Below, in pieces: positions 28,501 through 41,757 of a stretch of 64,000 bases of DNA; position 1 is the first letter of the stretch; every line of letters begins with the position of its first letter. The DNA comes from the human T2T-CHM13v2.0 reference genome, Homo sapiens, in assembly GCF_009914755.1 (NCBI RefSeq), contig NC_060935.1. One strand, given 5' to 3'. The position numbers and the translations under genes are program-made. Below the pieces are notes generated by a model that ran no database searches, was not told the origin of the DNA, and saw only the letters and a program-made list of their open reading frames with translations.

Positions 28501-28815
28501 TATTTTAAGTTTAATTTTTATTGAGACGGAATCTCCCTCTGTCGCCCAGGCTGGAGTACAGAGGCGTGATCTGGTCTCACTGCAACCTCCAACACCCAGG
28601 TTCAAGCGATTCTCATGCCTCAACCTCCCGAGTAGCTGGGACTACAGGCCATGCCACCATGCCCGGTTGATTTTTTTTTTTTTTTTGTATTTTTAATAGA
28701 GATGGAGTTTTGCCATGTTGGCCAGGCTGGTCTTGAACTCCTGACCTCAGGTGATTGGCCCACCTTGGCCTCCCAAAGAGCTGGGATTACAGGCTTGAGC
28801 CACCATGCCAGGGCC
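28501..28815 (-). mobile_element. AluSx-like element
   Basis: Full antisense dimer; exact 15-bp TSD AGGAATCACTTTTAA at 28486-28500 / 28816-28830. Confidence 0.96.
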
Positions 28816-29657
28816 AGGAATCACTTTTAAGAGTTGATGGTTCTGTTGTCTTTTCATTATATGGTGCTAAGAATTAATTTGGTTGTAGTCTCCACTAGCA
28901 ACTTCTTGCCCTTGGGTTCAGTAGGAACAAGATCTTCCAAAACAAAATCGACACTAACAAGGTATCATAACGTGGTTACTCAATCTGGATCCAAACCTCC
29001 CTCACCTTCTGGGTTCCTAGGTCTGAGCATGAAGGGGGCAGGGTACCCAAGTAATGACTGAATCATCAGCACAGCCCAGCAACCACAGGCAGAGATCAGT
29101 GGAAAGTTACAACAAACCCCTGTTGCTCAGTAGAAGAAACAAAAAAAGCCTAGCATGAGAGAGACATAAGGTGGAGTAACTTAATTATTAATTAGCTAAT
29201 TTGTTCAAAAAATGTTAATGTCCTTACCATGTAGATAGCTCTGCAGCACGGCATGAGCCACTGTGGGAGAATCTGTCCTCAAGGAACTTGTAAGCCCCTT
29301 ACATAAGCCATAAGACTTTGAAAGCTGAAGTGCAAAGAACCCAATTAGCTAACTACGTACAGACAGTAACTGCTGTGGGAATTTAGAGAAGGGAAAGATC
29401 TATGGGGACAAGAAATGCATTATGGAAGTAGTGAGAATCTGAGTGAATTTAGAACATGAGTAAAATTGGGTGGAGATAGGTGGTAGGAGAATTCCAAGTT
29501 TGGAGGGAAAAGATGGAGTACAGTTGTAGAATAAGAAAGTTATCAGGTGTTACTGATCTATCATGAGTTAACATGAAGCTATTATGAAAGACCTAAATGT
29601 CGTGTAAAAGGGTTTAGATTTCATCTTTTAGACAGCAGCTTTTAAAACTTTTTATTA

Positions 29658-30158
<501 letters not shown>

Positions 30159-31149
30159 TTAATAATTATACTACTTAAAATTCACTTTTGATGTAGTCAC
30201 CACTAATTTACCCCCAGACTTTGCTTAGTGGCTAAATCTCCTCTTAGTACTTTTGTTCATTCAAACACCTCGGGGACTCTGTTTCATGTTTTCCTGGAGG
30301 ACTTCTGGAGCCCTCTAGGTCTCTGCTCCAATCTTAGCTGGATTCTCATGGACCTATTACATAGTGTCTTTCTAACATTTTCCCTGAGTCTTCTGGAAAT
30401 TCCTTTCACCCCACCCCTGGGTTGGATTTCCTGTTTCTTGGATCTTGCATTTCTTGTTTATGTGTTCATTTTGGTGGGGCACACCCTCCAGTATTTTAAG
30501 AATGAGTGCAGAGAAACTGCATTTTTGAGACCTTAGTTGTCTGAAAAAATATCTTTGCTCTATTTTGACCTTTTATTGATAGCAAGTGTAGAATTTTTTA
30601 TTGTAAATTACTTTTCCTTGGAAATTTGAAGATATGTTTCTGATGTCTTTTAACTTCCAGTGTTGCTGTGAAAAGTCCTATGCTATTTAGACCCACCATC
30701 CTTTATAGCTTCCTCATTCTGTTTCTGTGGAAGCTTGTAGGATGTTCTCTTACAATTTTGTTGGACATTTACAGCCATTCCTGTCTGGAGACTTGGGTCT
30801 TTTTGTTCTGGAAGTTTTTCTTGCACGAATTCTTTGATAATTTTTGCCTTCATCTTTTCCATTCTCTCTTTCTAGAACTCCTCTGATTCACATGCTAGAT
30901 GATCATGAATCCTTTAATTTTCTTAGGTTTTCTAGTTTCCATCTTTATCTTTTGTCCCACCTTGCAATATACTTCACCTTTGTTTTCCAATTTGTATATT
31001 GAATATTTTATCTCTGCTATCTTCTTTAATCTTTCTGAAGGTCATACTTACAGTTTTCTTTCTCCTCCTCCTCCTCTTCCTTTTCCCACCCCTCCTTTTA
31101 CTACTCCTAGGATTGCTCTTCTTTCCTCTGAGTTTTTTGGTCCCACTGA

Positions 31150-31497
<348 letters not shown>

Positions 31498-32181
31498 ATA
31501 TAGTGACCTTTATCTCTTCCTATTTAGGAGATCAGCACTGAAAAATCATATTGGCAATTCCTTGTACATAGGAGAGGCTTGTCTAAGGGTGAGCCTCACT
31601 GTAGGTTAATACATGTGGGAAACACAGTGGTAAAAATCTTTAAGTCTTTTTTTCATGGGCTTTTGTTCCATGGGTAAGTTGGTTTTTTTCCTCTGTCAGA
31701 GGGAAATTCAGCAATTTCTTAATTGGTGTGGGGAAGGGGCACAGGCCAGATCTATCAGAGTTCATGAATAGGAAAAGGGACCCCGAGATATCACTGCTCC
31801 GTGCGTAGATTTTTATTTACTTCTCTTTGTTTTCAGTAACACATTCCCATCATCAGCGTGCCTGCTGATCCATGTCTAGAGTCCTCCTGGTTCATCTTGT
31901 CCGAGAGAATAAAACTCCCGTCTTCTGCCAGTGTGGGGAAGGGGCAGCTACTGCTTCTCATACACCCTTTTAACTCATTTTCATTTTACAACCTAACTTC
32001 TCTCCTGATTTTAGAGGCATTTGGTGTTTCCAATTCCTAAGCCACAATGAAGTTCTTTGATAAAAAATCACTTCAACGAAGTCAATAGCTGCTCCCCATT
32101 GGCTTTCCAGCTTCTACATTTTTGAGGTTGTGTCTCTATTTCTAGTCTTTTAAAGATCTGTTTCCTTTCTATCCTTCTGCT

Positions 32182-32182
<1 letters not shown>

Positions 32183-32232
<50 letters not shown>
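32183..32232. repeat. (GT)25 perfect microsatellite
   Basis: Directly visible uninterrupted dinucleotide run. Confidence 0.98.
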
Positions 32233-32234
<2 letters not shown>

Positions 32235-32746
32235 CTTCAAGAGGGAACAGAAGTAAACATAATGTTTTATTCCATCACTTAGAACCAGAACTCAGGACAA
32301 CTTCTATCAATAAAAGAAGCTGCTCATCTGAAAGACAGCAGCACATCCATGTGCCAGGCATGCTCTTCTTTCAGTCCATAGTTAAGTTGAGGTGTACATA
32401 TATGAACCTGTGTACTTGTGTTATACTCACCAGAACTCCACAGCATCACAAGCTGGGACAACATCCTCACACTGTGGTAAGGAATTATGAACCGCTGAAG
32501 GTTTTTGAAAAGGAGACATGAGAAAAGCAGGGGCTTTAGAAAATGGATCTTCAGAAAGTAGGGTAAATGATAAATTGGATATAAGAAAGTCTAAAGAGAA
32601 AGAGGCAAGCATAGAAGCATTTTCAATAGCTGGGCATAAGATAAGAAGGTCTATACAGGGGGATAAGGGTCATTCATTCATTCAACCACTTATATTTGTA
32701 GAGACCATTAAGTGCCAGGCATTTTGCCAAACACTGGATTTATAGC

Positions 32747-33318
32747 TGTGGCACATTGTATTTTCCAAAGAAAGATGGCTGCATGAGTATTTCCCATCCC
32801 ACATGCTCTCCTTACAACAGGTTGCTGACCTTCCCCTGTGGGGTTGAGAGATGTGTTACCCTCCCTCCCCATTGACTCTGGGTGGGCCTGGGACTGTGTC
32901 AAAGTGGCACTGGGTGATTGGACTCAGTGGTAGAAGGCAATACAGTTTCTGCCTGGTTCACTCTCTTGGGACACTTGCCTTTGGAGCCCTGGGGGGCCAC
33001 GTAGCATGTGTGGCCACTCTGAAACTACTGTGAGGGACAAACTATAAGGAGAAACTACACAGGGGTGAAGAGGTGGCCCAAAATGCCCCAGCTGTTTGAG
33101 TTTTCCCATCACAGATATGTGAGTGATGAAGTGTCGGCAATGATTCCAGCTGAGCCCTGGTCTGATGGTCGTTACTGGGAGACCCTGAGTGAGAACTGGC
33201 TGAACTGGCTGAGCCCATTAAACTCCAGAACCATGAGACATAACAATCGTAATAAATGTTGTTTTAAGACACTCGGTTTTGGGGTGGCTTGTTTTGCAGC
33301 CATAGAGAAGTGTAAATA
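32747..33318 (+). mobile_element. MaLR LTR (MLT1G/H-like) inserted in an L2
   Basis: TGTGGCACATTGTATTTTCCAAAG...ATGGCTGCA start; AATAAATGTTGTTTTAAGACACTCGGTTTTGGGGTGGCTTGTTTTGCAGC end. Confidence 0.8.
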
Positions 33319-34803
33319 AATAATTAAAGCATGATGTGATAAGTCTCATAATAGCTGTGCTGACATTGTGCAATTGAATCGTAGAGAAGAAAGTGCCTGA
33401 TTCTGCCGGCGTAATGTGGGAGGGAAGGTGGTTAGGTCAGGGAAGTGTTTAGAGGAGAGGTGAAGTATGAGCTGCAACTTTAAGCATGAGTAGGTGCATG
33501 TCAACTACATACTGCAAATGGAGAGAAAGAGACGGATAAAGGCAGGAGAAAAAAGAAAGAATTGGCAGCGTTTTGAAACTGCTTCACTATGGGGCACGGA
33601 ACAAAGAAAGAGACAAGCTATAAATGGCTACGAGGTGTTTACTCTCTTCCTCTTATTCATGTAGAGATATTCTAGTACCAGTGGCCACTGCCTATGTAGC
33701 CTCTTTTGCCTCATTTAAATTAACTTTACCTGAATTTAATCAAAATCTACAGTGTTCAGTAAAAATTTCTTTATTGGTAGAAAGTAGGCAGACCCGGGCA
33801 TCTAGAGGTACAATAGTGATACCGTCTAATAACTAGCATGTGACCTTCTCTATGTGAGATTAAAGGATCAGCTGCTGATATCACGCAGCTCAGCATGGCT
33901 GTGTCTGAGATGCATGCTCTGAGCACCCCCTTTGCACCTGCCAGAGTGCTTGGGCCATGCTTCTCCCCTGGCGCACACACATTGAGATGAAGGGGACTCC
34001 CTCCACAGTGGCTTGGCTTACTCAGCTGTCTGCACTAGCCCATCACTGAGTGACGTATTGGGGGTAGGGAAGCAGGGTGTGTGTAGAGGAGATGAGAGGA
34101 GAAATCAGCTTTTTCCTGGAAAAGGACTTCTTGGTATTCTTTTCTGATCAGGAGCAAGAAGACAACTTAATTAAGAGACAGCATTTAATGACAAGGAAAG
34201 AAAATGTTCCTTATCTTGTAAATTCCTTCGCTAATGGAATCTTCCAGCCCACCCTGGGTAAGTAGGTTGACTGTGCCAAAAGGATTCACTGCCAGGAATG
34301 CTCCATCATTCAAGTGCAGGGCAGGAGCCTCATGATATGGGTACAGACTGGCCATCCTATCATTTCGGAATTTTGGATGTTCCTCGACTATAGAAACATA
34401 CCTGCAGGCATGCTCCCAGGATTTTCTCAGAAACTGTAGCCATTTTGCATGATCACATTTCCTTATCATACAGTCCCATGCAACCCCAGGCATGAGCCAC
34501 ATTTATTCCTGAAGCACAGGGTACATTTTCATGTGCTTGCCCTCTTATTTCCATCTGGATTTCTCTTTCCTCCCTTCCTCCCCTAGGAAACTCATCCTCA
34601 TCCTCAGATGCAGACTTCAATGGCACCTTCTCTGTAAAAGCTTCCCTAGGTAGAACTGATTGTTTCTACTAGATGCTGCCTTAGTTAGTTGGTAGTAAAG
34701 TATAGACAATATGAAACATGAATATAGATTTAAGGGTCAGACAGACATGGATTCAAATCCTGATTAGCAAGATTGCTAATTCTGTGATTTGGGGCAAGAT
34801 AGT

Positions 34804-35299
34804 TGTATTAGGTTCCTAGAGTTGCTGTAATAAAGTACGAGGAGGTAGGGTGGCTTAAAACAATAGAAATTTATTATTTCACAGATCTAGAATCTCAAGG
34901 GCTGAAGTAAAGGCATTGGCACATCCATGTTCGCTCTGAAAGATATAAGGGGAGGACTTTTCCTTGTTTCCTCTACCTTCTGGTGTTTGCCCACAATTCT
35001 TGGCTTTCTTTGGCTTGGAGAGGCACCACACCAATCTCTGCCCTGCCTCCACCTTGGCTTAGTTGTCCTCTTCTTTTGTGTCTCTACATTATCTTCCCTT
35101 TGTGCATGTCTGTCTCTTGTGTCCAGATTGGTCCCCTCTATCAGGACGCCAGTCACACTGCATTAGGGCCCACCCTAATGACCTCATCTGAACTTGATGA
35201 CATCTGCAAAGATTCTATTTCCAAATAAGGTCACTTCACAGGTACCAGGGGCTAGAGCTTGAACACATCTTTTGAGGAGACACAATTCAACCCATAATA
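34804..35299 (-). mobile_element. MaLR LTR (MLT1C-like) inserted in a MIR
   Basis: TGTATTAGGTTCCTAGAGTTGCTGTAA...GGCTTAAAACAATAGAAATTTATT; TTAGGGCCCACCCTAATGACCTCATC; ends CACAATTCAACCCATAATA; MIR halves on both sides. Confidence 0.85.
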
Positions 35300-35761
35300 G
35301 AAGTTAATCTTTCTAAGCTTTAGTTTCCTTATCTGAAAAGTGGAGGGTTATAATAGTAGCAAAGTCAAAGAGATATTGTGGGGATTCAATTAAATAGCAC
35401 ATCTGAAGTATTAGACTGGATGCTTGGCAAATAGCCCTCAATAAAAGGTGGCTTTATTAAAGAAAACATCCACTGGGTGGAGAGGCAATTCAACTTTGTA
35501 TTCTCAACTCCCATCCTCCAAAACCTATCATCATCTTGAGATTTCCCGCTAAACCCACTGAAACACTATATGTACAGAAACTCCTCTAAGATCTGGGTAG
35601 TGGGGACAGTAATCATTAGAAAAAGTTTACCAAAGGGAAAGTGACTTTTAAAGAAGAGAAAACTGAGGCATGGTCTGCCTGTTTCACATCTCAAACTGTG
35701 ACTGATCCAAGTTTGATTTTATGAATTAAGTTGGCAGCTCTCCTTATCCTAAAACCAGGTA

Positions 35762-36163
35762 CCTTTATATTCCTTTGCATATATGCCCAGTAATGGGATT
35801 GCTGAGTCAAATGGTATTTCTGCTTCTAGATCTTTGAGGAATTGCCACACTGTCTTCCACCATGGTTGAACACAGGAACAGGAAACCAAACACCACATGT
35901 TCTCACTTGTAAGTGGAAGCTGAACAATGAGAACACATGGACACATGTGGAGCAACACATGCTGGGCCAGTCGAGAGGGTCGGGGGAGGGAGAGCATCAG
36001 GAAGAATAGCTAATGGATGGTGGGTTTAATACATAGGTGATGGGTTGATCTGTGCAGCAAACAGCCATGGCACATGTTTACCTATGTAACAAAACCTGCA
36101 CATCCTGCACGTGTACCCCAGAACTTAAAATAAACGTTGATGAAAAAAAGAAATTAAAAAAAA
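35762..36163 (+). mobile_element. 5'-inverted, truncated L1 (older L1PA/L1PB) with TSD
   Basis: 35762-35871 is antisense ORF2 (minus-strand peptide [36 protein letters not shown]); 35869-36163 is the sense 3' end plus A tail; TSD TAAAACCAGGTA at 35750-35761 / 36164-36175. Confidence 0.9.
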
Positions 36164-36886
36164 TAAAACCAGGTATCATTCGAAGGAGAAGCCACTAGCT
36201 TGACTTTATTTTCTTATTCATTGGAGAGACTTTGGAGACTTCTCAGAAAACATCTTGACTTCTGTCCTGGAGATTTGCAGGATTTCAGCACCAGAGGCCC
36301 TGAACAACGGTCAGGCAGTTCCAAGATTTCCCTTGTATGCGTTGTCCATGGGCCCAAACTCAATGACACTGTCCAGCACTCAGGAAGTAGTGCAGAGGAT
36401 GAAAAGTAACCACATGACCTGCCTGGCCTTCACACCCTAGGGAAACCGCCCAGAGCCCTGACAGCTCCTTCATGTCAGTGTTCCAATGAAAGCCATCAGC
36501 CAAAATGCATTTCATCTGGGAGCCCTTCTGGTCCAGGCTCTGTTGCCTTTTCTATGTGATCATTCCTCGGCCTTCAAAATCAGTAATGGTCAAAGCAATA
36601 AAGACTAATTTTATGCTCTAGAACTTGACAGTGAAAAATATTTTAGGTGATGGTCTATGACTGGTTGATTTAGGAAACCAACAAACCTGACAGCTGAACA
36701 TAACCCGACGGCACAGGAGTGATGGGATGATCATATGTTCTGTTTTGCACCATGTAAGGCAGTTGAAGTGCAATTCAGCAGATCAAATGTAACTCTTCTT
36801 GGCTTTTGCTCTTTTTCTTTTAGGAAATAAATATTTCAAACTATTTCCAGTATATCCTGTCATATAGGTCAAATTTTCAAAATACT

Positions 36887-37413
36887 TGCATTAGTAAGGG
36901 TTCCCTAGAGAGCAGGATGTATATAGAGAAATAGATTTATTATACAAAATTGACTCACATGATTATGCAGGCTGACAAGTCCTCAGATCTGCAGTTGGTA
37001 AGCTGGAGACCCAGGAGAGACAATGTGTAGTCCAGTCTTAGTCCCAAGTCCTGAGACCCAGGATAGCTAATGGTATAAGCTGCATCCTAAAAGCCGTGGG
37101 CTCAAGACCCCATAAAAGTCAATATTTCAGTTTGAGCCTGAAGGTCAGGGAAGACTAATGCCCCAGCTCAAAGCTCATGCAGGGGCAATTGCATCTTACT
37201 CATGAGAGAGTCAGCCTTTTGCTCAATCCAGGCCTCAACTGATTGAATGAGACACATCTGCTTTAGGGAGGACTATCTGCTTTACTTATTCTAGGGAATC
37301 AAGTGTTAACTTCATCCAAAAACATCTGCACAGACACATCCAGAATAATGTTTGACCAAATATCCAACTGAGCACCTTGAGGCCCAATCAGATTGACACA
37401 TAAAATTGTTACA
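36887..37413 (-). mobile_element. ERVL LTR (MLT2 family)
   Basis: TGCATTAGTAAGGGTTCCCTAGAGA start; AAACATCTGCACAGACACATCCAGAATAATGTTTGACCAAATATC and TTGACACATAAAATT end; TSD ATACT/ATAAT. Confidence 0.85.
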
Positions 37414-37429
37414 ATAATGGAGTTGATTT

Positions 37430-37670
37430 TTACACAGCTAAGACTATGGACTTTTGATTCTGAATGCCTGAGTTCAGATGCACACTCAGCTGTTTACTAA
37501 CTACATGGCCTCAGGCAGGTCACTTTATTATATCAGGGCCTCAGTTTCTTCAGCTGTGAAATGGAGATAATAATAGTTACTCTATCACAGGTTTGGTATA
37601 AAGATTAGATTAAGAAAAATACTTAGCATAACACTTTGCCCAGGATAAATTCTCAGTAGTAACTCTTTTA
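37430..37670 (+). mobile_element. MIR SINE
   Basis: GCCTGAGTTCAGATG...GCCTCAGTTTCTTCAGCTGTGAAATGGAGATAATAATAGT. Confidence 0.75.
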
Positions 37671-37701
37671 TTCCTCCCTCCCTTTATTCTTTCCTTCTCT
37701 A

Positions 37702-38328
<627 letters not shown>

Positions 38329-38665
38329 CTAGCTCCTTCCTCTTTTTACAGCCAGGCTTCCAGAAATGGTCTACATTTCATCTTCCCACCATGAAACCTC
38401 CCCTCACTCCCAGACCTGCTGCAGTCAGGCTCCTGTCTCTACTCTTCCACTAAAACTTCTCTTTTGGAGGCCAACTTCAGCAGTCTCTCTTAAATTCTTA
38501 CTCTGCTTTTTTGATTGACCTTGTGCCTTCCTCTTTTTTGAAGCTGATTTCTGTTCTTTTTGTGGCACGGCTCTTTTCTGTTTTTCCCCCTCTGTCTCTG
38601 ACTTGTCTTCCCTTCCACCCACCCCTTAAGTGCTGCACTTCTCTCCGGTTCCTCTTTTGAATACC

Positions 38666-38960
38666 TTTTTTTTTTTTTTTGAGGCGGAGTCTTGCTCTGT
38701 TGCCCAGGCTAGAGTGCAGTGGCACAATCTCAGCTCACCACAACCTCGCCTCCCTGGTACAAGTGATTCTTCTGCGTCAGCCTCCTGAGTAGCTGGGACT
38801 ACAGGCACGTGCCACCATGTCAGTCTAATTTTTGTATTTTTAGTAGATATGGGGGTTTCACTATGTTGGCCATGGTGGCCTTGAACTCCTGACCTCGTGA
38901 TCTGCCCTCCTCAGCCTCCTAAAGTACTGGGATTACAGGCATGAGCCAACACACCTGGAC
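38666..38960 (-). mobile_element. AluS (Sg/Sc-like) element
   Basis: Antisense dimer with GACCTCGTGATC; degenerate TSD CTCTTTTG[A/C]ATA. Confidence 0.94.
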
Positions 38961-39069
38961 GCTCTTTTGCATATCTTTTTTTTCTTGGCCTATGCTCCCA
39001 GGCTGGCCTCAACTCTGACCTCAACTATCATTTGTGTGCTATATTTTCAACTTAGTTTTCCCTCCTGGA

Positions 39070-39375
39070 TTTTTTTTTTTTTTTTTTTTTTTTTTGAGAC
39101 AGAGTTTCACTGTGTCACCCAGGCTGGAATGCAGTGGCACGATCTCGGCTCACGGCAACCTCTGCCTCCTGGAGTCAAGTGATTCTCTGCCTCAGCCTCC
39201 CAGGTAGCTGGGGTTACAGGCACATGCCATCACACCTGGCTAATTTTTGTATTTTTAGTAGAGTCGTGGTTTTACCATATTGGCCATGCTGGTCTCAAAC
39301 TCCTGACCTCAGATGATCCACCTGCCTCAGCCTCCCAAAGTGCTGGGATTACAGGCATGAGCCACTGCACCCAGC
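39070..39375 (-). mobile_element. AluSx-like element
   Basis: Antisense dimer with long poly-T; TSD CTCCT[G/C]GATT. Confidence 0.94.
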
Positions 39376-39695
39376 TCCTCGATTGTAGATGCATGTTTCC
39401 TGAATGATTCACCTAGATATTCTGTACTATTAAATACCTCAAATTCAACATGTGTTCTTGATTTTCATTTCTGACACCTTCCTCAGCCAACCAGGCCAGA
39501 AACCTGATAGTCTGCAGGTTTCCTATCCACATCCTCTCAATTCTATGAACAAAATGTCTCTCAAATTTGTGATCTCTGACCTTCCTTGTCTTTCTCTTGT
39601 CTCACTGCAATAGACTCCTGAATGACCTTAATACCTCCAGGCTCTGCTTGGTCCTGGCTATGGACCTCACACAGTCCTCTTAGACATGCATCTGA

Positions 39696-40288
<593 letters not shown>

Positions 40289-40441
40289 ATCAAAGCCCAC
40301 TCTTGCTGAAAACCCTTCTGTTGTCCATTAGTTTAGGAAAAAGTCCATACTCCTTACTCCAACCTTCAAGGCTCTTTACGATCTGATTTGTACCTATCTT
40401 TCTAACCTATTTCTTCCAAGATCCTGAAATATAATGGCCTA

Positions 40442-40834
40442 TTTGGGGCGGAATTGTGTCTTCCCAAAATACACACGTTGAAATCCTAACCTCCGATACT
40501 TCAGAATGTCACTGTATTTGGAGACAGGGTCTTCAAAGAGGTAATTCAGTTAAAACGAGGTCATCAGTGTGGTCCCAATCTAATATGACTGGTGTCCTTA
40601 TAGGAAGAAGAGTTGTGGACATAGACACATACAGAGAGAAGAAAGACCATGTGAAGTCACAGGGAGAAGACAGCCACCTACATACCAAGGAGAGAGGCTG
40701 TACAAGAAACCAACCCTGATGACACCTTGATCTTGGACTTCCAGCTTCCAGATTTACAGGAAAATAAATTTCCGTTGTTTAAGCCACACAGTCTATGGCA
40801 TTTTGTTATGGCAGTTCTAGCAAACTAATATACA
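40442..40834 (+). mobile_element. MaLR solo LTR (MLT1B-like)
   Basis: GAATTGTGTCTTCCCAAAAT...GTTGAAATCCTAACC; TATGACTGGTGTCCTTATA; GACACCTTGATCTTGGACTTCCAGC; exact 5-bp TSD GCCTA (40437-40441 / 40835-40839). Confidence 0.9.
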
Positions 40835-40966
40835 GCCTATATCATATACTACTCAGTTTAGACTACTTTTATTTTGGAACATATTATACTTTTGCTACTT
40901 TTGCTTATGCAGTTTCTTTTGCTTAGTGCCCCTTGCTAGTAGATATTTATATTTAAAGATATTTTA

Positions 40967-41273
<307 letters not shown>

Positions 41274-41519
41274 GTAATTTCTCCCTCTTCTACATTTCTT
41301 TTGTAATTTTCCCTTACTTCTAATAAAGCAACCATCACATTATATTTTTATTTCTCCTGTAAAATTGCACCAGTCCTCAAAGAAAAGATCAGAGCAGTGA
41401 CAAGAGTCAAGTCAGACATGGTGGTTGCTTGGAATGGTATGATGACAGTGTTGGTGAAAATACATGAAAAGAGGTAGAATTGATGACTGTGGTGGTTTAT
41501 AAAACGTAGGGAGACAAGT

Positions 41520-41757
41520 TAGAAGTCCATATGAAGGATGCAGTCCTGGAATGAGGATGCTGTCATCTGGGACCATAAGACATGAAGACAAGAGTGGCGT
41601 TATGAACTGAAAGGAGCCAGGAGCTTTGTTGGAATAGAACCACCCTATTAACCCTGGACTTCCTGCCTGGGCTGATTTGCATTTGAGAGAGAAATAAACT
41701 ACTGTACATAAGCCACTGCAATTTGTTTTCCCACTTGCCGTCAATATAATCCTAACG
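41520..41757 (+). mobile_element. MaLR LTR 3' part (MLT1J/K-like)
   Basis: CCCTGGACTTCCTGCC...TGAGAGAGAAATAAAC...TAAGCCACTG...AATCCTAAC. Confidence 0.55.
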
